The translations under genes were made by a program, and so were the position numbers. The notes under the pieces are model-generated. The model did no database searches and was not told the origin of the DNA. It saw only the letters and a program-made list of their open reading frames with translations. DNA of 64,000 nt from Octopus vulgaris (Eukaryota), in NCBI GenBank assembly GCA_951406725.2, contig OX597835.1, positions 11,780,001 through 11,844,000 on the forward strand, read 5' to 3'. Position 1 is the stretch's first letter; every line of letters begins with the position of its first letter. This document shows, one piece after another, positions 26,204 through 40,839 of the stretch.

Positions 26204-26656
26204 ATTACCTGTGCGTATGTTAGGTTTCATGTGATAAACATATATTTGTGCAATATTTTATGCAATAATACGATTACCTGTGCAGAGTTTGACGTGATCC
26301 CGATATTGTCAAACTTCAAAGAAAGGCTTAGAAGTGAAGGGATTTATTTCAATAACAACAGCAGCAATACACTCTTACCATTTACGCTCATTGCCTTATT
26401 CTTTGACTAGCGTAATATTACACTGGTGCATTGTATTAGGTTATTGGAGTGCAGTATGTATATGGAGTTGATGAGGTAAAAGCGAGGATGAGCTGCAGAT
26501 GTCGAAATACTAAGGTATTTTGTTTCGTTTTCGCAGGAGATTCATAACTTCCAATGTCTATTTGTTTATAGTTTCTGAAGAAACAGTCTATCCAAAACGG
26601 CTCTATAGCTTTGATTGTCCCATTAAAAAGTGCACTACGACTTTGGCTACCCAGTC

Positions 26657-27148
26657 GTAACAGCCAATTAAAACTGCTCTGCTTATGTCCTAACAGTCCA
26701 TTAAAACCGCTCAGCATCTGTCCTAGCAGCCCATTAAAACTACTGTGCATCTGTCGTAACAGCCCTTTAAAACCACTTTGCATCTGTCCTAGCAGCCCAT
26801 TAAAACTACTCTGCATCTGTCGTAACAGTCCATTAAAACAACTCTGCATCTGTCCTAGCAGCCCATTAAAACTACTCTGCATCTGTCGTAACAGCCCATT
26901 AAAACTGCTCTGCATCTGGCCTAACAGCACATTAAAACCGCTCTAAATTTGTCCTAACAGTCCATTAAAACTGCTCTGCATCTGTCCTAACAGCACATTA
27001 AAACCGCTCTAAATTTGTCCTAACAGTGCATTAAAACTGCTCTGCATCTGTCCTAACAGCACATTAAAACCGCTCTAAATCTGTCCTAACAGTTCATTAA
27101 AACTGCTCTGTGTCTGTCGTAAGAGTCCATCAACGCTCGCTCTGTATC
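26657..27148. repeat. 33-bp minisatellite, about 14-15 copies
   Basis: Unit CAGCCCATTAAAACTGCTCTGCATCTGTCCTAA starting at 26661, 26694, ... 27090. Confidence 0.95.
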
Positions 27149-27709
27149 GTCTGTTCGACAGTTGTAACAGTTCTTCAAAAACTCCTCTATATCTTGGCAT
27201 GTCAGTTTTAACAAAATTTATGCAATTGAATATGGTTTTCGGTTCATGCATTACTTCATGCAGTCAATTCTATGTTAATATTTCCACTGTAAATAATTTA
27301 TGAACGAAATTGCTTATTAAAATGGATATGATCCAGTCAATTAATTTAGAAGACAAATATATTTTAAAGATTCTTATCTCACATTTAATCTAAAACAAAA
27401 CTCTTGCAACAGAATTTAGATATGCAAAACTTTCTCGAAATTACCATCTTAAAAAATTTAAAAAATACACTAAGATGATTCATCATGTTCTTTTCAATTC
27501 AAATTCTTCGAAGTTATAAATTATTAATGAAGCTATTGTTACTTACGTTGTAAGCAGATGTTCTGGAATTATCTGTCAAAAGCGATCGAGACAAACGTTT
27601 GTGCGAATACCGAACATTTGTTACACAAGAACACACACACACACACACACACACACACCTGTATAGATTTACACACAGATATACATATATATATGTCAAT
27701 ATACCAATA

Positions 27710-27751
<42 letters not shown>

Positions 27752-27857
27752 TATATGTATAAATATATACCACACAGCCATACGTATATGTATACATATG
27801 TGTGAATGTGTGTGTGCATGGATATTCAATCATAGATGTCTGTGTATGTATGCACAC

Positions 27858-27918
<61 letters not shown>

Positions 27919-28699
27919 GAGAGAGAGAGAGAGAGTGAGAAAGAGTGAGTGAAAGAGAGAAAGAGAGGAAGAAAGAGAAACAGATAGTGTTGCAAATAAA
28001 CGCACTCAGGCTTAATATATACAATATACACGCATAAATGAACACGTAATTATATATAGGGATATATATCTAGAGAGAGAAACCAAACAACAGAAAATAT
28101 TTAAAATATACTCATTCATGTATAATATATATATATATATATATTTACAAAACAAATTTACATAGAGTAAATTAGTTACATATCTGTATATATGTTTACG
28201 AATGTATGTGTATGCGTGTATATCTGATTTATCAACTCCAAGCGCGTTTGTGTGCAACGCTAGTTCAAAAATCAGCTCACCTGGATTCCGCTTTTGCCTA
28301 TTCTTTACCCAGTGCTCATAGTCTTGAATAAAAACTTCGGATTTTAGTTCAAATCACTTGAGCACTAGTAGGTGTTTTATATATTGAACATGTCTGGATC
28401 TCACCCATTCAGTAATATATATATATATATAGTTCAAATTTATAGAAGACAAAAGACGAAGGCAGGTGCACAGGTGTAGTAACAACAAGCAAGTGTATTA
28501 CTTTGAGGATCGAGAAGAATCGAAACCTCATCGAGGTCTCTTTCTTTCTTTTGTTGTCTTACCACTTTTATCAATATATATGTTTAGCCACTTGTGGGCA
28601 ATAAAGAAATATATATATATACATATACATATATATTACGTTGTCACGTAACCGATCACACTACCAGATATTGTTACACATCACTGGTCAAAATGCTAT

Positions 28700-28762
<63 letters not shown>

Positions 28763-28769
28763 GTATAGA

Positions 28770-28860
28770 AAAAAACAAAAGACGAAGACGGGTGTGTAAA
28801 CAACAAACAGATGTCTTAGTTTAACACCCGGGATTGAGAAAGTCCTTTACGCTTCGAGCG
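28770..28860 (-). mobile_element. Truncated family P2 copy
   Basis: aaaagacgaagac...aacaaacagatg..ttag...tttacg.ttcgagc; ends inside hammerhead stem II. Confidence 0.6.
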
Positions 28861-30464
28861 TATATATATATATATGGGTTATATATTTGTGACATATTGC
28901 AACTTTTAACGGTGCGTTCACTGCAGTTACCATGGAGGAAAATGTTGCCCTTTTGGTAAAGGATTTTAAATCCTCATATCGACGAAGTGCTGCCCTCAGT
29001 CGGATTCCCAGACGCTCCATTTCTGTCTCTCTAGCCTTCCTCAATAGGAAATAATGAGGAGCGGTCACTGTGAAGAGATTTTATTTCTTAGCTTTAACTA
29101 AAAAAAAAAAAAAGTTATCAACATTGTCCGAGGTGTGCTATTGGACACTGCTGGTTTGATCCCGGTCCAGCTAAAATCACCAATATCAGAGCAAAGTACT
29201 GATTATGCAATAACGAACTTTTGATCAGTTAGAATATGTCTGTGACATATAGCTTCTAAAGGCAAAACTATTGCGATCACCGTAGAGAAAAATAATTATG
29301 GCAAAATGTGTAAAAATGTATAAAAATGCCATAAGTGTTTAGTGCTGCCTTCTATAGGATTCTCAGACGCCGCGTTTGATGCGTTTTTACACTCTTTTAC
29401 CATAAAAGAGAATTTTTGTCTTTACGATGACTGCAGCGAATTTGCCTTTAGAAGTTACAATATGTCACAAACGTATTTTATCTCAGCTAATCACTGCCTG
29501 GCACTGATTCTGCTGAATAATATATCCGTGTGTATGTATGAGAGAGATAGGGTGGAGAGACAGACAGACAGAGAGGCAGAAATGGAGAGAAAAAGAGAAG
29601 CAGAATTGCAGTAAAAGAGGCTTTTACCTTTACGAAAGTATTGAAACTTATTTTGTTTCGAATAAACTGTTCTAACGACAAACAGCGACAATCTAATCTT
29701 TGTATTACATATTCTGAAATCTAATCATTAAACAGGAAATCAATACTTAAAACTCAAGAAATTTCCATAATGGTAAAAGACTTTCGCTTTGTTTTTGGTT
29801 ACCTTTGTTTCATGTTAATTTTTCTGGCACACAATAGAATAATTTCAGATTTTAAGGAAACCTGATTAAAACAAAGGCCGAAATCTTATAGATAACGATG
29901 CAGTGTAAAAAATGTATACGCTGGAGGATTTATCGAAATGGGGACACACAAAACAAGAACTATTAAATATGATAAATATTTTTGACACGCGGTAACATCG
30001 TTGAATGGAATTCTTAATACCTGCAACAATCAATTTCCTGAGTGATGTCATATCACATGCTTGGAGTAGAAAAAAAGTGTGAATATCTGCATATTAATAT
30101 TTAATAAATTAAGAGTATGCGATGCGTAGAAGAATGGAAGGTAGTTAAGTGGTGGTTTTGTCTTTACGTTTTCAATCCTAATCACACCAGATTCGCCTTT
30201 ACTAGTTATCTTTTTTTACTGAATACACAATCAGTGAAGCGGTCTCTAGATGGTTAATCCCTCAAATAAGATATAGCAAACAAATATCTTCTAAACTGCC
30301 ATCTACCGTTTTTTTTTTAATGTTGTTCTTGGTTCCCTGTGATGGTCACGGCTTGACGGTGTCTGGTCATAGGTCTAACGTGTCAACACTAACATGGAGT
30401 CAGCAATAAAAACAAATCAGCCTGAGTTTGGAAAATAATGATTTAGGCAGACGGAGAAGAAATT

Positions 30465-31010
30465 AGTCGAAACACTCGATCGGTGTATTTGATTGGTATT
30501 TTGTTTCATCGACTCCGAAAGGATGACACACAAAATTGACGCTGGCAGGTTTTGAGATCAGAATGGCGAGAAGCTTGAGCAGATAATCCCTTCTACTCCT
30601 AGCAGAAGGATGAAAGGCAAAGTCGAACCAGGCGGAATTTGAACTCAGAACTTAAAATCAGAAGAAATACAGTTAAACATTTTCCCTGTGTAGTAACGGC
30701 TCTGCCAGCTCTCCACCTTAGCTAGACCAAATAAGGCAAACCAATTATTCCCCATGCTGAAACCATTTTGTCGGCTTGCCGTCTTTGATTTCTGATTTAG
30801 GTACCAAGACACGCAATTTTGAGACCAGGGACTTCGTCAGAATCATTGACTCGAAGTACTTGACTAGTACTTAGCTTTATCGATCTCGAAAACATGAAAG
30901 ATAAAATTGACAACCGTATGATATGAAGTTAGTATGTAAAGAGCCGGAGCAAGTGATGCGAAGTAATGTTTTCCGACACTCAAGCGACTTTGCCAGCTTG
31001 CTGTCTTAGT
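30465..31010 (-). mobile_element. Cluster of three decayed SINE C copies
   Basis: Repeated gaaaggatga.aggcaaagtcga / atttgaactcagaa motifs. Confidence 0.65.
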
Positions 31011-31476
31011 TTGATAAAATTATTCTTGTCCATTGATTTTCTTCCTCGTTATCATCGTACGATCTTCTTTGATGTGAAAACAAATATCGTTAAATAACAT
31101 AGAATGGTAATAAGGGACACTAACGACATAAGAAGTATTGGTTTGAATCGCATCCCAAATTTCCTTCCAGAAACGCTTACCTTGTGATACTCATATATTT
31201 AAGTACATAAGCAGCATTAAGTAAAATCTACTCCCTGGTTCCATTATTGTCTCTATATTTCCTGAAATGCTGCACACGCTCGAAAATAAAACGCCAGTGT
31301 TATCTGCTAACTATATCGATCCAGAGTTGAGGGCATATGACATAGCGATTAGGATATTGCACCCACGACCTACAGATAGCAGCTTTAATTCCTGGACAGA
31401 GTGCTAGGCTGTGTTCTTGATCATTTCACGTTGCTCGGACATAACGTTGACCCCCCCCCCTGACGTCTGGTACACC

Positions 31477-31756
31477 TATTTCTTTACTACCCACAAGGGG
31501 CTAAACACAGAGAGTTCAAACAAGGACAAACAAACGGATTAATTCGATTATATCGACCCCAGTGCGTAACTGGTACTTAATTTATCGACCCCGAAAGGAT
31601 GAAAGGCAAAGTCGACCTCGGCGGAATTTGAACTGAGAACGTAACGGCAGACGAAATACCGTTAAGCATTTCGCCCGGCGTGCTCACGTTTCTGCCAGCT
31701 CGCCGATTCTGCCAGCTCGCCGCCTTCTGCCAGCTCGCCGCCTTCTGCCAGCTCGC
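31477..31756 (-). mobile_element. SINE family C with 4x reiterated 5' end, nested in an older SINE
   Basis: 13-bp TSD CGTCTGGTACACC at 31464-31476/31757-31769; TTCTGCCAGCTCGCCG four times. Confidence 0.9.
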
Positions 31757-32125
31757 CGTCTGGTACACCGTCCACCTCTTCAGACAACGTCGATTTGATG
31801 AAGAGAGAGTGAGCTAAAATACAGCACAAACATTTGATCACATCAAACAAACCATTTGTGCAGCTTGTTGAGCAAGAAATTGAAGAACTCTCTCTCTTGG
31901 ACTACGAGAGGCTACCGTCGTGCCACATCATGACGTATCTATTTAAAGTAAATATTCATTATATATACATACATACATACATGCATACACAGGCGTATGT
32001 ACGTACATGCATACATACATACATACATACATACATACACACATACATGCATACATATGTGTATGCATACATACACACATACATACGTACATATATATGA
32101 CGAACTAACTGTTACTTTCTCAGAT

Positions 32126-32270
32126 GCAGCACGGATTTTTGTCAGTGAACAGGTCGCGGATTTTAGCGACGAAAATATTTTGACAAATTAAACTTAAACG
32201 TTGAAGTGAATCGAACGGCTATTGTGTGTTTCTTAAATGACTTATAAACACCTTCCACGCTGCAATTGTC
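32126..32270 (+). mobile_element. Family P1 pseudo-LTR fragment
   Basis: Homologous to 453-658. Confidence 0.7.
32138..32187 (+). ncRNA. Hammerhead ribozyme-like motif, G3-C8 variant core
   Basis: TTTGTCA-GTGAACA-G-GTCGC-ggatttta-GCGAC-GAA-AATATT-T-TGACAAA; perfect stems I and II. Confidence 0.65.
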
Positions 32271-33489
32271 ATTATAGATATATATCAATAAAACCGAATA
32301 CAAAGAGACAGGTGGCAGGCATCATCGGAAAGATTTATATGGTTTGGGGAAAGCAGGAGAAAAAATATACCCTGTTCGGATTTAGTTTATCTGATGCCAT
32401 GGAGATTTTAGCCGAGGTACACGAAGATAGTATTTTCCAAGGGGCCAAACCTTCCTAGAAGGGTTCTAAATATTGAAAATGGGCAATCACATTGACATAT
32501 TTCATAAAATTAAGATGGTTTAGTTTCATAAACTTCTAAAACACTACGAAGAATTATACAAATGGAAATTCTGTTTTATCTTCCCAATAATAAACGGGAT
32601 TTATTAATACGCCCAACCTCCTTGTGGAATGTTGGTATTTTTGTTTTTTAGTTTGGAAATCTCTGCTGTAATGTAATTTGTAACTAGATTTTCCTAATAA
32701 GTTAGAGTTCCAACAATTGTCAAGTAAGCAAAAAGTAAAATTTTGGTTCGTGATGCCAATACAGCATCTTTTAGAAATTACCATGATTTGGAATCCACTA
32801 CGGAGACAAATGAGGATAAAATTGAAATTAACTTTCCGTTGTTAGCTGTTCTGTCTTGGACGAAGCTCAATTGATCTTAGCTCTAGAAAATAACTCATCA
32901 ATTATACAATACAGTTGTTATATTATTTGGTAAACGATTCTATCCTGTTACCCCACGGGATTCATTTAAGACTAGATGAATTAGAACTTTAAGAGTTAAT
33001 AGTCATGTCCGCATATTTACTGAAAATACTTTGTCATCGGTCGAGCGATTAATAGTGTTTATCTACTCTCCGATAATCAATATATTTGTATCAATCTTGA
33101 ACTGCGATCTAAATTAATTGATTATGGAATTTATAAATAGGAATCGTTGCCTCGAATATATTTAGAAGAAATGTGATTTTGTAATGTACATCGTGTACAT
33201 CAATGACATAGCAAGCATTATATCCCCAAAAGTGTCTATGTGTATAATAAATTACTAATCAAACGATTAAGGTTGGTATATAGTCACGTGTATCGACATG
33301 TATTTATTGTTCAAATTCCCATTAGTTGAATCCATGAAGCTCGAAGATGGTGCACAGCCGTGGCATTGTCCACTGCAAAGGCTCTACATTATAGCATTGA
33401 AAAATGATTTACTGTCTTGCAGTTTTGAGTTCAATACCGCCCGAGGAATAAAGGCAAGGATATTCAGTAATAATTATTTTTTCTGTTGA

Positions 33490-33700
33490 TAAAAGGCCTG
33501 AGGTTTTAGTGGTGTTTTATTTGGGTGGGAGAGGCTAGTCGATTACCCTCATATCAAAATTGGTACTTATTTTATCGGCCCCGAAAGAATTAAAGGCAAA
33601 GTTGACGCCGGTAGAATTTGATCTGAGAGCGTAAAGCCGGAAAAAATGCCCCTAAGCTGCTTGTCCGGTGTGCTAACGATTTTGACAGCTCGACACGTTA
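33490..33700 (-). mobile_element. Decayed SINE C-related copy
   Basis: ggtacttattttatcg.ccccgaaag core. Confidence 0.7.
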
Positions 33701-34912
33701 AGTTATTCACTAAGAATATTTGCAAAAAATACTCAGGTTATGTTTTAAATGTATAAGTAGGAATCGTAATCTCTCGTGGTTCGAGAAATTCGGTCCAGCA
33801 ATTCCTTGCTGAACAATTCGCATAAACGATTTGTTTATAGTGATTAAACCTTGTACATTCGTTCGCTCCCTCCATAAAGATCGACATGAGAGGAAGTTTT
33901 TTGCTCAAGAACATAACGCACTACCCGGTCCAGGAATTGAAACCACAATCTCGCAATTGTGAATGCAACACCGTAACTATTAAGCCACGCACTTTCAAAT
34001 AGATATGCCGCACCGAAAGAAATCGTTATTAAAAATCAAAATGCTGATATTCGTTAATATATCACAGTGTTTCTAAGTAAACAGTGAGCAACTTAACCCT
34101 CAACTATTTAAACAACAGACGCTGAATTTTAGTATGAACCAAATCAAAACTTCGTTTTTGAAGAACCAGAACAGGTCGAGATTTTGGCTCACAAGGAATT
34201 CTCTACTTCTTTGCTTCTTTAGGACTAAATTTTCTTGAAACTGGTATTATGACGGTGGAAAGTCGCAGAGTGGATAGGTGAGCTAAAACTGGTCACAGAA
34301 TTTACGTTAATGTACTTCACAATATAACAGTTAATTCAAGTGAAATTGCTCAATTAATAATGGTCATCTGTTACCCTGATGCCACTACAATATATAATAC
34401 TATAAATAGTATCAAACTTATATAGTATCTATTAAACTAATATCTTCTAATATATAAGCTCGTTCAGTCACATTCACTTGCATTACATTAACAAATCTAG
34501 ACAAAGAATCACTCTTCTAAATTCAGCTTAGGTACTGCGTCCCGAATCCATCATATTTTAATAAGAAAATAATGAAATGAATTTTAACCCATCGCATGTT
34601 CAAATTCCTTTTCAAGAACTCTAAGGAATTTAAAACCTGTAAAAACACGAGGGTTTTTTTGTTATTTTATCTGTTTAAGTAGGTTTACCACCAAAAGCGT
34701 TCCTTTTAAGGTCATCTCCAATTTTTCTCATATTTAACAAATAACATTGAAATGTGGCTCCCCTTTTTCAAGTTGATCAGACGTTATGTGAGGGAGTTGG
34801 TAGTTATTTCCATTCGAATGAATGTTTTTCTTTCAACTTCTTGGCACGAGAAAGACAACAGTAAGCTACAATTTTAGGCCAACAAAAAATTTGGATCTTT
34901 CCTTTTCCTATG

Positions 34913-34945
34913 TTTCTGACGAAGAGCCCCGCTCGAAACGTTAAA
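34913..34945 (+). ncRNA. Minimal type I hammerhead ribozyme (family P2-related)
   Basis: TTT-CTGACGA-A-GAGC-ccc-GCTC-GAA-ACGT-T-AAA followed by the ttcctgagcg motif of family P2. Confidence 0.72.
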
Positions 34946-35175
34946 TCCTCCTTCTTTATTTTCTTTCCTGAGCGTCCAATAACACTATACTTGTTCCACG
35001 TCCTCGCGTTGTTGTGTTTTCTCTTTGTGTTTTCATGTTTGGATTAACTATATATTTATTTATTTATAATACTTGAGATATATATATTTATGTTTTATAT
35101 ATCTTTTTATGTAGAAATTTATCAATAATTTTATATATCTTATTTAGAGTCTGATACATACATACATATATATAT

Positions 35176-35210
<35 letters not shown>

Positions 35211-37319
35211 AGATATGTATATATATATATATATAGTATTACGTAAGATGATATAAAAAGCAATTATACCAGGTTCTTAATAAGAGGATATTTAAAACAA
35301 ATGTCCACAAAGTCTTTCTCTTTCACTGTCGACGAACAGGATTTCTGTTCTTTAGAGAATCTTTGATATTGAAGAAGCACAATCTGGTGTGTAGCTATTT
35401 ATTCGTAATAATAGGAAGTCGACTTCCGATTTAGGAAATGAAAATTGTGTGCGAACAGCATAAGATGGTGGTAAGCTCCAATTAAGCCAACTCTACGATA
35501 CATTACGCTGCGTACCTACGATTTTCGACCATAATCAATTGTGTAGGGATGAATGGATTCCTACGAAGCTAATTGCCCATGACTTTACTTGAAGCTGAAG
35601 CCATCAATGACACCTTATTGAGTCATTAAAATCTGATTCATTTTTTATGTAACAATTGAAGAGAAATGTGTGTATTATGCCGCTGCTGCATTATGAATAA
35701 AGATTTTGCTTTTGACAGTCGTCGCCATGGAACAATCGTTTAAAGCTTGCATCGGTTAATAGAAAAGTCGTGTGAATTAATTTTTCTGAAATGTTAGAAA
35801 TCACAAAGGAATGTATTTTGAGAATGTTTTAACTTATAACTTTTGTAGCTTGGTGTGTGTGTGTGTGTGTGTGTGTGTGTATTTTACTGAATAGATTCGT
35901 AATTAGATGCGTGATGGTGTATAATGTTTTCATGATGACGACAGTGGCCTTTTCAGTGAAGAGCGTAAACGTAGGCATTTTAAGATATAAAAGTTTCACG
36001 TTTTCTGTAAAAGTGACCACGTAGTGTAACATTGTAACATTTATAAACATCAAGAAAAATTTAGAACAATTTAATAAGTTACTAGATTTGCTTAGTCAGG
36101 TGAAATTATGCAGCGTATTTACTAATTTCTCTCGTTTGATTAGTAGTTTCAAAATGTAAACAACGTTTCATATGCACACTTTAGAGAAAAGAGAAGACAG
36201 CACATGACACTATTTCTCCGAAGATTTCCTGAAGAAAGGGTTTTTATATAGAAATATTGAAATGCAAGTTAAAAGTACAAACATACGAATTGTATTATTT
36301 CTTATAAATTGCATTGTTTTGGCTTTAAAAAATATTAAAAACATTTGTGTTTGTCATCATTTTACTGAACATTGTGAATGTAATTAGACTTAAATGGTTG
36401 GCATGAGACTAAAATAGCAGATCAAGAGATTTGGGAATGTCCAGAAGTGAAATTTAGCCTTTGTTCCTCAAGGGTGACTAAAATGTCTATCGATAAATTA
36501 GCTGACTACCAGTTAATTAACTTTATGCAAAATCTGAAATGTTTAGCGTTGTACTTTTATTTATGTCAGATATTCCTTTTATCAGCGTCACTAATTTTGT
36601 TTTGTCACTTGTAAATATCTTCGAGTGTGACAATGCGATATATTCAATATATTGTTGGATATGAAGGAGGATCAATATTATTGATATTATGTCGACGCCC
36701 CCAGACGATGAAGTAGGCTAGCCCAATACGTAGATATAGAGGGAGAAGTCTAGACGTCGAGAAGTTGAGTAGAGGTCATCCGAACGTGCGATATAACAAT
36801 TTATTAGGAGATAGATATGCAAGATACTGCAAAACTCCGGCCTAAATTTCTAAAAATATTTGAGAGAAAAAATCTGATTCTTGTATATGAAGATAATCCC
36901 TACATAAAACGTTCCTAAAATACGTACGTGAACTTTGAAGAAAGGTGGGTTCTGACTTTTTCCAACAAGGTATTTCTTCGGGAAAGATCTCGAGAAAGAA
37001 TATTTAATTGGCTAAATATAGTTTTGGTTGATTATATCTACGCGTAGATCTGACTGGTTGTTCATAATTCCGAATGTTCGAAAATATTTTTACAGAGGTG
37101 TTGAGTTATATAGCGTTAAAAGAAACAAGATTTCAACGCTGTTTAGCAGCTTAGCAGAGCCAAAAATACTAATATCATCACATAAATCCTAACAGTGTCA
37201 GCTAATCAAACAAAGCGTTCAGTTAATTCTGCAGCCCTTCAGAATATAATTCCTGTGTAGCGCGTATAACGTGATACAAATACCTAATCCAATCCCCCAG
37301 CTGTCAATAAAATACCTTA

Positions 37320-37482
<163 letters not shown>

Positions 37483-37977
37483 CGAGGCTCTCATACTGAA
37501 CACACTTGTTAATGATCAACTAGATTTAATAAAACACTCTACACATACCGAAATTCGAAGCATACTTGCTTGTTCATAATGTCCATACTTCCTTGTAAAT
37601 CATTAACCCGATCTGACACTAGATATAATACCTCGCGTATTAAAACAGGATTGGGGAATATTTCCTTCCTCAACATCAAGGGGCCACGATTTGTAGAGCG
37701 AAAGGGAAGGGAATTCTATCGAAAGTAATATTGAATATAACAAATGAGAATAATTTACTAATATTTCGGTTGAACACCCTTAACTCTATCGTAATGCTTT
37801 TCAATTTCTAGGAATCTTGTACATCTATTAGGATCGTTAGCGGTATTTGATGAACATCGCTATATATGAAGCTAATTTCCATGTTGCCGAATAAACCGTA
37901 CTATGAGGAAATAAAAATTGTGTCCGGAAATTAAAATCAATCGGTTATTTGTGGATACAAGTGGATACAAAATTATA

Positions 37978-37979
<2 letters not shown>

Positions 37980-38036
<57 letters not shown>

Positions 38037-38112
38037 ATTCAACCATCTATCCATATATATACATAATATATATATACGCGTACAGACATACATATATTAA
38101 CACACACTCATC

Positions 38113-38206
<94 letters not shown>

Positions 38207-38237
38207 CACATACATACACACAAACAAATACACATAT

Positions 38238-38294
<57 letters not shown>

Positions 38295-38408
38295 CAGACG
38301 GACAGACAGACAGATAGACAGACAGACAGACACATAGACAGACAGACAGATAGATAGATTGATAGATAGATAAATAGATAGATAGATAGATAGATACATA
38401 GATAGATG

Positions 38409-38503
<95 letters not shown>

Positions 38504-38521
38504 TGATAGATAGATACATAC

Positions 38522-38561
<40 letters not shown>

Positions 38562-38581
38562 TTAGATATATATATATATAT

Positions 38582-38648
<67 letters not shown>

Positions 38649-38649
38649 C

Positions 38650-38693
<44 letters not shown>

Positions 38694-38700
38694 TTAGATA

Positions 38701-38799
<99 letters not shown>

Positions 38800-38810
38800 C
38801 AGACTGATAG
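37980..38810. repeat. Large compound (TA)n/(CA)n/(GATA)n microsatellite
   Basis: Direct inspection; source of the 311-aa spurious ORF. Confidence 0.95.
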
Positions 38811-39305
38811 ATATTTGTGCATGTATGAGTGTATGAACATAGGCACCTACATATGTATAAAAGCAAATACATACGAATAAATGGTTAGTTGCGTGTGTGT
38901 GTGTGTATGTGTATGTGTGTGTGTGTGTGTAATAATCAATAGAGTTGGCATAGGTTATTTGCAGATAACTCCAATAATACAATAATGTGTTTCAAGTGTA
39001 ATCTTTATTTACTTAGAAATTTAGAGACACAACTTGGAATTCATCAAACGCAGAATTAATTCCAGAAAATACTGACGTTATTTACGAGAAATAGGGCTTC
39101 CTCTCCAAGTAGATACAACTGCGAAGGAAGTAGATAGTAATTACCACTTAGTATTGAGAGTTTCTTAGTACAGTATTTATATATATACATATATATATGT
39201 ACTTGTGTGTGTGTGTGTCTGAACTTATGCAAGTATAAATCCTTAAAGTCCTTTAAAATGTTCCAGCCCGAAGGCTGCGGCCATGCTGGGGCACCACTGC
39301 TGGTG

Positions 39306-39368
<63 letters not shown>

Positions 39369-39371
39369 TAA

Positions 39372-39436
<65 letters not shown>

Positions 39437-39439
39437 ATG

Positions 39440-39493
<54 letters not shown>

Positions 39494-40839
39494 GTAGATA
39501 GAATGATTGATAGATAGATACATACATACATGCATACATACATACATATAGATAGATATATATATGTGTGTATGTATTCAATTGTGTCACGTGTACACAA
39601 TGAATTTGAATGAGAAAATGAAGAAGTTTTAATTGTCAATTTATGACAATGTTTTAATTTGCTAAATTGGAATTGCACTTGTGTTTAATTAAAATATTTG
39701 CTGAAAGTTTCCTTTACGATTGATGTATGTAACCAGGGTTTAATACAGGTATCGCCATTGTTTGTTTCATCATCTGCTTCATTTGCTTAAACGTGATACC
39801 GACGTACACGGATTGGTTCTGTGACTGACATTACCATCAATGAAACTCGGCGCATGACAGATCCAACAACACATTTAAAACATCGTTGGCATTGGAATTT
39901 AACAATCAATTTGTAGAGGGTGGCATCTGGTAATTGCCAACGACTCAGTGCAAATATACGTCAATATAAATTTGATTCGTACACGGGATGTCAACATTTC
40001 GAGCGAGCAGGGAACTATAAATTAGCGTTATCAAAATCATCATATATTCCTAATACCTTATTAAGATGTTATACGTTCGTGTGCATTTAAGACAGTGTCA
40101 AGCCACTGGAGATTTGAGCGCGGACAAAAATTTAATAAACTAATAACACATTTAAGAATTTCCAAATCGTTCTCAAATGACCGTGTGTGTGTACACTCCA
40201 ATAATACCAAAGCATACCCAGTGTTCTCCCTTTGTCCTCAAGCATAGGCAACTATTCTCTAAGCATTTAGAGAAATAAATTTAGACTTATGACAATTACC
40301 TACCTTTCTTTTCCTAGTTACCCGCAATTCCCACCAGGTTTAAGTTTCCTTTATCTAAGAGAAAACATTCAATAAACTGAGAATATTTTGCTACGTCATT
40401 CAGCCTCATCTGCATTTTCTTAATCGACACCATTAGCAAACTTCAATTATTCAGTTGGCACATTTTCATGCAAATTTCGCTACTGTCCAAATGTCATCAA
40501 ATCTACTTTCTATACATCAAAATCTTTTGTCAACTTAAAAGTAGATTTTAAGTGCGACACTATGCTGATAAGGTCAAAACGGTCTGAAACACGTGTGTAA
40601 TTGTCTCCTTTATGCTAAGCATGCAATTGATTTAATGAAATTATATCTTAACTTTTTGAAAACATCTCATTTCTCAGAGTCGCAAACAATTACCTCTCAG
40701 GTTTTGTTTCCTTTGACCAACGAAGCGGAAAATGTCAGCTAAATGTAAATTATTCGCATGCTTAGCCATTAGCATCCCCTGTCGATGGTTACGACAAAAA
40801 GGATCATGGAAAGATCCATGGTAGGAATATCCTTAAAAG

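Noticed and set aside
25736-26410. 224-aa ORF
   Set aside because: Runs across nested SINE B and C sequence
26657-27148. CRISPR-like array
   Set aside because: Head-to-tail units with no unique spacers, no cas genes, eukaryotic context
28925-29055. Short ORF MEENVALLVKDF as a host exon
   Set aside because: No convincing splice context; at most a faint mariner-like resemblance
38047-38982. 311-aa ORF and the many YI/CV/HT/YLSI ORFs
   Set aside because: Translations of microsatellites that lack stop codons
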